Below are positions 52,136 through 60,656 of a stretch of 64,000 nucleotides of DNA, one piece after another. A program made the translations under genes and the position numbers. How positions within the stretch are numbered: the first letter of the stretch is position 1; every line of letters begins with the position of its first letter. Source of the DNA: an uncultured Elusimicrobia bacterium (lineage in GTDB: Bacteria; Elusimicrobiota; Elusimicrobia; FEN-1173); NCBI GenBank assembly GCA_964482515.1, contig CAYZXT010000001.1, positions 102,403-166,402 of the forward strand, read 5' to 3'. The notes beneath the pieces were generated by a model. The model did not search any database. It was not told where the DNA came from and saw only the letters and a program-made list of their open reading frames with translations.

Positions 52136-53070
52136 AATCCCTCTCTAGAATAATGTTGGCTGCCGGCTGCTTATCTTTGACCGCGAGTGGGTGGGCGAAA
52201 GACACGGGAGCCGCGTTCCTAAAGATCGGCGCGGGCGCGCGCTCCGTGGCCATGGCGTCGGCTTTCACGGGGGTGGCGGACGACGCCAGCGCAATTTACT
52301 GGAACCCCGCCGGTATCGCCTCGGTTCCCAAACGCCAGATCATGGCCACGCACTCGGACTGGCTGTTGGACATGAATTACGATTTTGCCGGTTACGTCCA
52401 GCCGACGCGGGCAGGAGCGGTGGGGTTTGGACTTTCGTATCTATCACAGGGAAACCTGGAGGGTCGCGGCGAGAACCGCGAGAAGACGTCGGACTTTACG
52501 GGCTCCGACCTCTGCGGGACCGTTTCCTTCAGCCGGCGCAACAGGCTGGGCGGTTTGGGGATGAACATAAAATTCGTCCAGCAGAAGCTTGAATCCAACC
52601 AGGCCACGGGGTTCGCTTTCGATTTCGGGGGGAAACTGTCGAAGCCCGGATCGGCCCTCAGCTTCGGGGCCGCGCTGCAGAACGTGGGGCCGGGAATGCG
52701 GTTCATTGAGAATAAATATTCCCTGCCGCTCACGTTGGCGACCGGCGCGGGATACAAGATCGGACGTTCGCTGACTTTATCCATGGATGTCCGCCGTCGG
52801 CTATATACCGGCAACACGAGCGTCAGCGTGGGAACGGAATATTGGCTGCTGAACGCCGTGGCGCTTCGGACAGGCTATCTCTCGCGGATCGGATCGTTTT
52901 CCAAAACCACAAGCAGTTTAAGTAATAACACGGACAACCGTTTGGATTCGCTGACGGCTTTAGGCGCCGGAATCGGATTGCGATTGGGCAGTTATCAAAT
53001 CGACTACGCCCTTACACCCTACGGCGACCTTGGCAGCACGCAGCGGATTTCGCTGACGGCCAATTTTTAA
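52132..53070 (+). CDS. PorV/PorQ-family (FadL-like) outer-membrane protein
   Basis: The ATG overlaps the adhesin stop (ATGA). Signal peptide, then GAAFLKIGAGARSVAMASAFTGVADDASAIYWNPAGIA, which is typical of the PorV/PorQ family. Confidence 0.65.
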   Translation: MKSLSRIMLAAGCLSLTASGWAKDTGAAFLKIGAGARSVAMASAFTGVADDASAIYWNPAGIASVPKRQIMATHSDWLLDMNYDFAGYVQPTRAGAVGFGLSYLSQGNLEGRGENREKTSDFTGSDLCGTVSFSRRNRLGGLGMNIKFVQQKLESNQATGFAFDFGGKLSKPGSALSFGAALQNVGPGMRFIENKYSLPLTLATGAGYKIGRSLTLSMDVRRRLYTGNTSVSVGTEYWLLNAVALRTGYLSRIGSFSKTTSSLSNNTDNRLDSLTALGAGIGLRLGSYQIDYALTPYGDLGSTQRISLTANF

Positions 53071-53098
53071 TGATTTCATTATCTGATCGGAGGAAATT

Positions 53099-53974
53099 GT
53101 GAAAAAAATGATATTGACCCTAGGTATAATTCTGATGCCAATAATAAGTAGGGCTGATGTACCTACAAAGATCAATTTTCAAGGGCGCTTCAATTCAACC
53201 ACGACATTCCATGTTAACTTTCACATTACAGCAAGTTCACCATCCAGTAGTCCTATTTGGAGTGAAACCGGGGTTACTATTGATACACCAAATGGGGTGG
53301 GAAATTACCTTCTTGGCATATCAAGTCCCATTTCTGCGGGGGTATTCTCAGCGGGATCAACGCGGTATTTAAAAATTGAGCCGGTCTCGCCATCGACAGG
53401 AAGCGACCAATATATTCCCTTGGTCTCAATTCCATATGCTTGTGTTGCTTCCTACTCCGACCAACTTGCTGGGGGAACAACAGTTCAAGGGACGTTGAAT
53501 ATAACTGGTAATTTCACAGCATCTACAATCACTGTAACTAACGCTATCTTGGGCAACAACTTTAGCGCCCGTGTCACAAGGAGCTCGACATTGGGAGATC
53601 AATCTTTATCTGCCAATACAATGACGGATATTATTTTTGATTCAGAAATATTTGATAATGGGAATCTGCATGCAAGTGGCAGTAATGCGGCTTTGACTGC
53701 CCCAATTTCAGGTATCTATGTGATTTCAGCCAATGTACAACAGGCGTCGGATTACGATGCAATTATGCAGATCATTGTTAATGATACGGATGTCATCGCC
53801 AGAAATGTTATTTCAAAAGGATGGAATTTAGGCGCGGTGTCATCGATATGTCAACTCACAGCTGGCGACACAATCAAATTGCAAGTGGCGATCTATACAG
53901 CTGGTGGAGGTTCAATAAAGAGACACGCCTATTGGTCTCCCGTGCTCTCTATGTCACGCATTTCAGGGAATTAG
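53099..53974 (+). CDS. exported protein with tail-fibre-like N-terminal module and C-terminal C1q/TNF-like globular domain
   Basis: GTG start after GGAGGA. Signal peptide, INFQGRF module. C1q-like pattern FSARV...IIFDSEIFDNGN...LTAPISGIYVISANV...IIVND. Confidence 0.65.
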   Translation: MKKMILTLGIILMPIISRADVPTKINFQGRFNSTTTFHVNFHITASSPSSSPIWSETGVTIDTPNGVGNYLLGISSPISAGVFSAGSTRYLKIEPVSPSTGSDQYIPLVSIPYACVASYSDQLAGGTTVQGTLNITGNFTASTITVTNAILGNNFSARVTRSSTLGDQSLSANTMTDIIFDSEIFDNGNLHASGSNAALTAPISGIYVISANVQQASDYDAIMQIIVNDTDVIARNVISKGWNLGAVSSICQLTAGDTIKLQVAIYTAGGGSIKRHAYWSPVLSMSRISGN

Positions 53975-54090
53975 GATCAGAATTAGTTTTAGATAGTCAA
54001 AATTGCGGTCAGATCTCACCCTCGTATATCAAAAGTAACTTTTGTATAATTCCCCTCACTTAAGTAAATTCCCGGCAATGGTGAAAAACA

Positions 54091-54990
54091 ATGAATAGAC
54101 ATGCCACATGCATCGCATGCAATGGCCAAGAGTTCGTAGGCTATAATTACAATAACCACAAAAACACACGGTCATGGAAGTCCGCCGTTAAATCGTTCTT
54201 GCCGATGTTCGATGCGTTAATCCCCAAGAGTAGCCGCCTGAAAAAGTTTTCCAAGGAAATATTTTCCGGGAAAGTTCTGGTTTGTCGGAATTGCGGTCAT
54301 GGAAAATTAGACCGCCGCCTCAGTGAGGCGCAAGTCATGCGCTATTATCAGCAGACGTATTGGGACGATAGAAATATGAGGCTGGAGGTCGATAGTAAAA
54401 TTGATGTTAGGGCCCAGTCTCAGTTCGATTTTTTGGGGGGGCAATTCCCTGCTAATGGTTCGACCGTAAATATTTTAGAGATCGGAGCAGGACGCGCGTT
54501 GTCCTCCCAGCTGCTCCGAGAGAAATATCCCAACACGAGAATTTATGTGTGCGAGGCAGGCAGGCAGTTTGAAGAGTATTATCGCGGGAGAAACATCCAA
54601 AGAATCGCAAGTTTCTTTCCGTTTCATACCGACATAAAATTCAACTATATCCATGCCAGCCATTGGTTAGAGCATGTCCTAGATCTGCCGGCCACAATCA
54701 ATACCCTCAGAGGGATGCTTTCCGATAATGGAATGATCTTCATAGAGGTTCCCAACACCGCTGTTTCCTATTGGGAACTGCCGGTTACCGATTCTCCCCA
54801 TATTCATTTTTTCACGCCCACGTCTTTAAAAAATAGCTTTGAAAAAAAAGGATTTTCGTGTCTGACAATCGGAGAGTATGGCCCTTCTTTTCAACAGATG
54901 GTCGAAGGGTACAAGTTTAATGGGACAGCAGATTACTTTGTGAATGATGGGAAAGGCGGCTTTCTTCGCGCTTTATTCAAAAAAGTCTAG
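54091..54990 (+). CDS. class I SAM-dependent methyltransferase with N-terminal Cys4 zinc-ribbon
   Basis: CIACNG...CRNCGHG ribbon. Motif I VNILEIGAGRA. HASHWLEHV and FIEVPN are typical of Methyltransf_11/23-type enzymes. Confidence 0.8.
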   Translation: MNRHATCIACNGQEFVGYNYNNHKNTRSWKSAVKSFLPMFDALIPKSSRLKKFSKEIFSGKVLVCRNCGHGKLDRRLSEAQVMRYYQQTYWDDRNMRLEVDSKIDVRAQSQFDFLGGQFPANGSTVNILEIGAGRALSSQLLREKYPNTRIYVCEAGRQFEEYYRGRNIQRIASFFPFHTDIKFNYIHASHWLEHVLDLPATINTLRGMLSDNGMIFIEVPNTAVSYWELPVTDSPHIHFFTPTSLKNSFEKKGFSCLTIGEYGPSFQQMVEGYKFNGTADYFVNDGKGGFLRALFKKV

Positions 54991-55016
54991 CTTGTCTTTT
55001 TCCTCTGGATTCTCGA

Positions 55017-55202
55017 ATGAAAAAATTAACTATTGTTGGTTGGATTAGGTGCCACGTTCTAATGCGCCACTGTTGGGATTCCGGACTGGAAGGTAATTTT
55101 TCAGGTCCTAAGTCACATCGGGATGCACGGCAGATATTTCCGGGCATTCTGTTTCGTTGTAGGAACTGCGGAGCGGAGAAATTTATGTGGCCGCGTTTAT
55201 AA
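55017..55202 (+). pseudogene. probable truncated paralogue of the upstream methyltransferase (N-terminal zinc-ribbon fragment only)
   Basis: KSHRDARQIFPGILFRCRNCGAEKF aligns by eye with KSSRLKKFSKEIFSGKVLVCRNCGHGKL of the 54091 gene. The ORF stops after 61 codons at the island edge. Confidence 0.35.
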
Positions 55203-55290
55203 ATAGATAGCTGCGATATCCTTTCCTTGAGGCTCACCCAGCCCAAAGAAGTTCACGGACAACACAAAATCCCCGTCACATACATTTTTC

Positions 55291-55346
55291 TTGACAGCTC
55301 TCCGCGGCGACTGCTAGTCTTTCCCTTCTGACTGACCAGTTAGTCA
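55291..55346 (+). promoter_or_regulatory. candidate sigma-70 promoter plus TetR-type operator upstream of the efflux operon
   Basis: TTGACA (55291-55296), an 18-nt spacer, then TAGTCT (55315-55320). An imperfect 18-bp inverted repeat TGACTGAC-ca-GTTAGTCA (55329-55346) lies just upstream of the GGAG RBS and ATG 55365. Confidence 0.4.
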
Positions 55347-55364
55347 TTTTCCCGGAGACTGTGG

Positions 55365-55958
55365 ATGGCCGTTCAAACCCTGACCAAAACCCAAGACAAG
55401 AAGCAGCGCATCCTGGACGCGGCCCGCGAGCTGATGGTGCGCCGCGGTTTCCAGGACCTGGTGATGGACGACATCGCCCGCGAGGCGGACATCGCCAAGG
55501 GGACGCTGTTCCTCTATTTCAAAAGCAAGGAAGACCTCTTCGCCGCGGCCTTCGCCGACCTGGTGGACAAGCTGGGGGAAGAACTTGAAGAGATGCGGCA
55601 CTCGGAACTAAAAGGCGAAGCTTTGGTTCAAGAAACAGTGCGGAAGATCCTGTCCCATTTCGACAAATACCGGGACTTCACGTCCAACTACGCCGCGAGC
55701 GGGAAATTTCCCCATTGCGGGGCGCACTCGAACAAGACGCTGATGGGAAAGTTCAAGCGGAACATGGAATTGTTGGGTCAGGTGATCCGCCGGGTGTCCA
55801 GGAAGGCGTCCCCCGTTGCCAGTTTCGCCTCCTACGCGCTCTTCAGCCTTTGCCGCAGCGCGGCGATGATGAAGAACACGTCGGACGCGGACTATCCGCT
55901 GGAGGCCAGGGCGCGGGAGATCGTGGAATTCTTTTTTTACGGGCTGAGGGGTATTTGA
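55365..55958 (+). CDS. TetR/AcrR family transcriptional regulator
   Basis: N-terminal HTH ILDAARELMVRRGFQDLVMDDIAREADIAKGTLFLYFKSKEDLF. Confidence 0.9.
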   Translation: MAVQTLTKTQDKKQRILDAARELMVRRGFQDLVMDDIAREADIAKGTLFLYFKSKEDLFAAAFADLVDKLGEELEEMRHSELKGEALVQETVRKILSHFDKYRDFTSNYAASGKFPHCGAHSNKTLMGKFKRNMELLGQVIRRVSRKASPVASFASYALFSLCRSAAMMKNTSDADYPLEARAREIVEFFFYGLRGI

Positions 55959-57307
55959 TGGACTTTATCAGTAAAGATGTCATTCCGGCGGAAGCCGGAA
56001 TCCAGAGGTGGCGTTGTTTGAAAAAAATCAGCATCTGGACCCCGGCTTTCGCCGGGGTGACGATTCTTATGTTGATGGCGAATTTCGCACTGGCTGAAGT
56101 CTCCCCGCGCCCCATTACCCTCGACGAAGCCTTCGCGCTGGCGTTGAAGCGCAGTGAGTCCCTGGCCGTGAGCGAGGCGAGCGTGGCCGAGGCGCTGGCG
56201 CGGATCGACGAGATCGCGTCCGCCGTCAAGCCGGAGATTTCCTTCCGCGCCTCGAACCAATGGCAGGACGCCCCCGACGCCGGCGCCGGCTCCACCAACA
56301 GTTCCTTCAGTCAGCGCAGCCGCCCGCAGGTCAACCTCAACGCCCATCAGCCCCTCTTCAGCGGATTCCGGGAGTTCCTCGCCTACAAGGCCGCGAAGCG
56401 CCAGGGGGAAAGCGCCCGGTTGGACCTGCAGCGCGCCCAGGACTTGCTGTATCAGGACGTGGCCCAATCCTATTTGAATCTGCTCGGCATGCAGAAGGAA
56501 ATCCAGATCCGCCTGGAGACCCAGAACATTTCCGCGGAGCGCCTGAAGGACCTTCGGGAATGGGAGCGCATCGGCCGTTCCCGGCGAAGCGAAGTTCTGG
56601 CTGCGCAAACCCAGCTGGCCCAGCTGGAGGCGGACCTGTCGCGCGCGCGCAGCCGCGAATTCCAATACGAAGAGACTCTTCGCTTTTTGACGGGTTTGAC
56701 CGATGTTTTGGCCCCGGCGGACGTTCCGTTTCCGGCGGCGGACCCCTTGGAAACCGTGTTGTCCCAGGCCCGCGCCCGCGCCGACGTCATGGCCCGGGAA
56801 AAGGAATACGAAGCGGCCAAGTTGGCCACGGACGTTTACCGCCGGCAGCGATGGCCGACCATCGCCGCGGACGGCAACTACTATTTCAAGCGCCCCTCCG
56901 GGTTCCAGGAAACCATCGAGTGGGACGCGCTGCTGTCGCTGGATTTTCCGCTCTACACCGGCGGGGCGATCAAGTCCCAGGTGGAACAGTCCCGCGCGCG
57001 GGAGAAGATCGCCGAGCAGAACCTGTCGCTCGCCCGCCGCCGCGCCGAGTTCGAGGCGCGCACGGCCGCGCGGGACCTGACGTTCTCCCTCGACACGCTG
57101 CAGGCGCTGGAGAAGGCCGAGACGCTGGCGCAGCAAAACATCCGGGCCCAGACCGCGGACTACCGCCACGGGTTGGTCACCAATTTGGAAGTGTTGAGCA
57201 CCCTGGCCTCCGTGCAGGAAATCCGGCTCAACCTCAATGAGGTCAAGATGACGGCGGCGTTCGACCGGGCGCGGCTCGCCGTGGCCGCGGGAAAGGTCCT
57301 CCCATGA
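55958..57307 (+). CDS. TolC-like outer-membrane efflux protein (OMF family)
   Basis: ITLDEAFALALKRSESL start of the mature region, with duplicated coiled-coil/beta pattern. ATG 55958 overlaps the TetR stop (TGATG). The listed ORF start 55715 lies inside the TetR gene. Confidence 0.8.
   Translation: MDFISKDVIPAEAGIQRWRCLKKISIWTPAFAGVTILMLMANFALAEVSPRPITLDEAFALALKRSESLAVSEASVAEALARIDEIASAVKPEISFRASNQWQDAPDAGAGSTNSSFSQRSRPQVNLNAHQPLFSGFREFLAYKAAKRQGESARLDLQRAQDLLYQDVAQSYLNLLGMQKEIQIRLETQNISAERLKDLREWERIGRSRRSEVLAAQTQLAQLEADLSRARSREFQYEETLRFLTGLTDVLAPADVPFPAADPLETVLSQARARADVMAREKEYEAAKLATDVYRRQRWPTIAADGNYYFKRPSGFQETIEWDALLSLDFPLYTGGAIKSQVEQSRAREKIAEQNLSLARRRAEFEARTAARDLTFSLDTLQALEKAETLAQQNIRAQTADYRHGLVTNLEVLSTLASVQEIRLNLNEVKMTAAFDRARLAVAAGKVLP
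55979..56063. repeat. double-hairpin REP-like element, copy C (inside the 5' end of the TolC-like ORF)
   Basis: gtc-ATTCCGGC-ggaa-GCCGGAAT-ccag ...(longer spacer)... ACCCCGGC-tttc-GCCGGGGT-gacga. Same order of loops and flanks as copies A and B, but with the two stem variants exchanged. Confidence 0.7.
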
Positions 57308-60300
57308 AATTATCCGATTTATCGATCAAGCAGCCCGTCTTCGCCTGGATGCTGATGATCGGCCTCATCGTGTTCGGGGCCATCAGCTTCTCGCGCATGG
57401 GCATCAGCCAGCTGCCCGACGTGGACTATCCCATGGTCAACATCCGCGTGACCTGGGAAGGCGCGGCCCCCGAGGTCGTGGAAACCGAAGTGAGCGACGT
57501 CATCGAGGACGCGGTGATGAGCGTGGAGGGGATCAAGGAAGTGTCCTCTTCGTCCCGCCAGGGGCAATCCAACGTCAACATCGAATTCAACCTGGACCGG
57601 GACATCGACGTGGCCCTTCAGGAAGTGCAGGCCAAGCTGGCCCAGGCCCAGCGCAACCTTCCCGCCGAGATCGATCCGCCGGTCATTTCCAAGAACAATC
57701 CCGAAGACCAGCCCATCATGTGGGTCGCCCTCACCGGCGACCGTTCCACCAAGGACCTGATGGAATACACCAAGGACCGGCTGAAGGACGCGTTCACCGC
57801 GGTCCCCGGCGTCGGGGAAGTGTTCCTGGGCGGCTACATCGAGCCGAACCTCCGGGTCTGGCTGGACAAGGACAAGATGCGGGCGAACCAGCTGACCGTG
57901 GATGACGTCATCAACACGGTCCGCACGCAGCATTCCGAATTGCCCGCGGGGCGCATCGAAACGGCGCAGCGCGACCTGACCATCCGGGTGATGGGCGAGG
58001 CGGCGACGGTGGAAGAGTTTGAAAAGATCATCATCCCGTCGCGCCAGGGCTCTCCGCTGTGGAAGACCTTCCGCATCGGCGACGTCGGCTCCGTCGAGGA
58101 CGGGCTGGACGATATCCGCCGCATCTCCCGCAGCATGGGGAAGCTGGCCGTGGGCATGGGCATCCGCAAGCAGCGCGGGTCCAACGCGGTCGAGGTGGCC
58201 AGGGCGGTCAAGGCGAAAGTGGCGGAAATCAGGAAGACCCTGCCCCAGGGGATGGACCTGAACCTGGTCTTCGACACCACGCGGTTCATCGAGGAGGCGA
58301 CCCACGAGCTGAACCTGCACCTGCTGCTGGCGGCCTGCCTCACTGGCATCGTCTGCTGGCTGTTCCTCGGCTCCTGGAGTTCCACGGTCAACGTACTGCT
58401 TTCCATCCCCGTGTCCATCGTGGGCGCCTTCACGATTTTGAATTTGATGGGTTTCACGCTTAACACCTTTACGCTCCTGGGCCTGACGCTGGCCATCGGC
58501 ATCGTGGTGGACGACGCCATCATGGTGCTGGAAAACATCGTTCGCTACCACGAGAAAGGGTTGTCCCGCGTGAAGGCGGCGCTCATGGGCTCGCGGGAGA
58601 TCACCTCCGCCGCCATCGCCGCCACCGCGGCCATATTGGCGATCTTCATCCCGGTGGTCTTCATGCCCGGCATCGTGGGGAAATTCCTGTTCCAGTTCGG
58701 CGTGACCATGTCCGTGGCGGTGGCGCTCTCCCTGCTGGAAGCCCTCACCATCACGCCCATGCGCTGTTCCCAGTTCCTGCAAGTGGGCCACACCACCTTC
58801 ATCGGGCGGGGCATGGACCGTTTCATGAACGCGCTGACGCGTTTGTACCGCTGGCAGCTGGCCTGGGTGCTGGACCACCGTTGGACGACCATCGTTTTCG
58901 CCCTGCTCGTGTTTTCCCTGGTGATCCCTTTGGCGGGGACCGTCAAGCGGGAGTTCATCCCGTCCCAGGACCAAAGCCGGTTCCTCGTCCGGACCCAGAC
59001 CCCGATCGGTTCCTCCCTGGAGTTCACCAGCAACGTGTTCATCGAGCTGGAGAAAAAAATCCTCGAAAACCCGACCGTGGAACGCTATTTCTGCGCGGTG
59101 GGTGGGTTCGGCGGCGGCGAGACGGACACGGGCAACATGTTCGTGACGCTGAAGCCGCCCAAGGAACGTCCGGTAGATGAAAAGCTGGGCCGCCGCCCCA
59201 AGCAGTCCGACGTGATGGCGTGGGTCCGCAAGGAGTTCAGCGCGGTCCCGGGCGTGAAGCGCGCCATCGTGCAGGACCTCTCGCAGCAGGGCTTTTCCTC
59301 GCAGCGCGGGTTCCCGGTGGAAGTCAGCCTCTTGGGGCGCGATTGGGAAACATTGGCGAAGTTGAGCGAACAGTTTCAGGAAAAGATGGCGGCCTCCGGG
59401 TTGATGACGGACGTGGACACCGATTACCGGCTGGGGATGCCGGAGATCCGCGTGGTGCCGGACCGGGCGAAGGCCGCGGCCCGCGGCGTCAGCATCGAAT
59501 CCATCGGCAACGCCATCAACGCCATGATCGGCGGCGTGCGGATCGGGAAATACACGCGCGGCGGGAAGCGCTACGACATCCGCCTGCGCCTGGTGGACAA
59601 GGACCGCTCCCGCCCGGAGGACATCGAAGACATTTGGGTGCGGAACAACCGCGGCGAAGTGATCCCGCTGTCCGAGGTGGTCGAGCTGAAGGAACAGGCG
59701 AGCCTGGTATCCATCACCCGGAAGGACCGCCAGCGCGCGGTCCGGGTGTTTGCCAACGTGGCGCCGGGCCATTCCCAGGGCGAGGCGCTTGCGGAAATGC
59801 AGCGCATCGGGAAGGATTTATTGCCGGAAGGCTACCGGCTGGTCTTCTCCGGCAGCGCCGCGACCTACGGGGAATCCAACCAGGGGATGATGTTCGTCTT
59901 CATCCTGGGCCTCTTCACGGCCTACATGGTGCTGGCGTCCCAGTACAACAGTTTCATCCATCCCTTCACCGTCCTCCTGGCCCTGCCCTTCAGCGTGACG
60001 GGCGCCTTCATCGCGCTCTGGCTCACCGGCAACACCTTGAACCTCTACAGCGCCATCGGCCTGATCCTGCTGATGGGGATCGTGAAGAAGAACTCCATAT
60101 TGCTGGTGGACTTCACCAACGAGAGGCGGAAGCACGGGCAGAACGTCCACGACGCGCTCATGGAAGCCTGCCCGGTGCGCCTGCGGCCAATTTTGATGAC
60201 TTCCGTTTCCTCCATCTCCGCGGTCATCCCCACGGCCATGGCCTTCGGCGCCGGCGCGGAAATCCGCGCCCCCATGGCGCAGGTCGTCATCGGCGGCGTG

Positions 60301-60480
60301 ATCCTCTCCACGCTGCTCACGCTCCTCGTGGTCCCCGCGGCCTACAGCCTCCTGACCAACCTGGAAAGCCACAGCCACGACCGCGACCTCAAGGAAGCCC
60401 TCCAGGAACTGGGGGAACTGCCCCACGACGGCAAGGCCCCGCACGGAACCAAACCGCCGGAACCCGTTTCGCACCGTTAA
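57304..60480 (+). CDS. RND (AcrB/AcrD/AcrF, HAE1-type) efflux transporter
   Basis: 1058 aa. The N-terminus LSIKQPVFAWMLMIGLIVFGAISFSRMGISQLPDVDYP and 12-TM/two-loop architecture are typical of AcrB. The start overlaps the TolC-like stop (ATGA). Confidence 0.95.
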   Translation: MKLSDLSIKQPVFAWMLMIGLIVFGAISFSRMGISQLPDVDYPMVNIRVTWEGAAPEVVETEVSDVIEDAVMSVEGIKEVSSSSRQGQSNVNIEFNLDRDIDVALQEVQAKLAQAQRNLPAEIDPPVISKNNPEDQPIMWVALTGDRSTKDLMEYTKDRLKDAFTAVPGVGEVFLGGYIEPNLRVWLDKDKMRANQLTVDDVINTVRTQHSELPAGRIETAQRDLTIRVMGEAATVEEFEKIIIPSRQGSPLWKTFRIGDVGSVEDGLDDIRRISRSMGKLAVGMGIRKQRGSNAVEVARAVKAKVAEIRKTLPQGMDLNLVFDTTRFIEEATHELNLHLLLAACLTGIVCWLFLGSWSSTVNVLLSIPVSIVGAFTILNLMGFTLNTFTLLGLTLAIGIVVDDAIMVLENIVRYHEKGLSRVKAALMGSREITSAAIAATAAILAIFIPVVFMPGIVGKFLFQFGVTMSVAVALSLLEALTITPMRCSQFLQVGHTTFIGRGMDRFMNALTRLYRWQLAWVLDHRWTTIVFALLVFSLVIPLAGTVKREFIPSQDQSRFLVRTQTPIGSSLEFTSNVFIELEKKILENPTVERYFCAVGGFGGGETDTGNMFVTLKPPKERPVDEKLGRRPKQSDVMAWVRKEFSAVPGVKRAIVQDLSQQGFSSQRGFPVEVSLLGRDWETLAKLSEQFQEKMAASGLMTDVDTDYRLGMPEIRVVPDRAKAAARGVSIESIGNAINAMIGGVRIGKYTRGGKRYDIRLRLVDKDRSRPEDIEDIWVRNNRGEVIPLSEVVELKEQASLVSITRKDRQRAVRVFANVAPGHSQGEALAEMQRIGKDLLPEGYRLVFSGSAATYGESNQGMMFVFILGLFTAYMVLASQYNSFIHPFTVLLALPFSVTGAFIALWLTGNTLNLYSAIGLILLMGIVKKNSILLVDFTNERRKHGQNVHDALMEACPVRLRPILMTSVSSISAVIPTAMAFGAGAEIRAPMAQVVIGGVILSTLLTLLVVPAAYSLLTNLESHSHDRDLKEALQELGELPHDGKAPHGTKPPEPVSHR

Positions 60481-60509
60481 TTAACCACACCTTCGTCCTT
60501 TAACCGAAA

Positions 60510-60543
60510 GCGCCCCGGGAGAACCCCCGGGGCGTTTTTTATT
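60510..60543 (+). terminator. Rho-independent terminator after the RND gene
   Basis: CGCCCCGGG-agaacc-CCCGGGGCG followed by TTTTTTATT. Confidence 0.7.
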
Positions 60544-60656
60544 CTCCCGACAAACTTCAGAATCCCTTTATCTCCTCTTTAGATCCGTTCCGTATCCTGT
60601 TTGTGTGGGCAGCGGTCCACGGCGGGAATGACTATCCAATCAAAGAGGTGATCAAA

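Larger units (their letters stand above)
48430..55290. other. second AT-richer, mosaic accessory island (adhesin, PorV-like, C1q-like, methyltransferase, gene fragment)
   Basis: Hand count gives 26/60 G+C for nt 49801-49860 against about 60 percent in the flanks. A very AT-rich 240-nt leader lies at 48430-48670. A truncated paralogue fragment sits at the right edge. Confidence 0.55.

Noticed and set aside
55715-55957. An upstream extension of the TolC-like ORF, which the ORF track starts at 55715.
   Set aside because: The extension lies entirely inside the TetR gene in another frame and encodes Gly/Arg-rich sequence. ATG 55958 overlaps the TetR stop in the usual coupled arrangement.
55979-56063. 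My initial reading of REP copy C as an inverted-orientation copy of copies A and B.
   Set aside because: Checking loops and flanks shows the same 5'-to-3' order in all three copies (gtc, stem, GGAA, stem, ccag ... stem, TTTC, stem, gac). Only the two stem variants are exchanged, so the orientation is the same.
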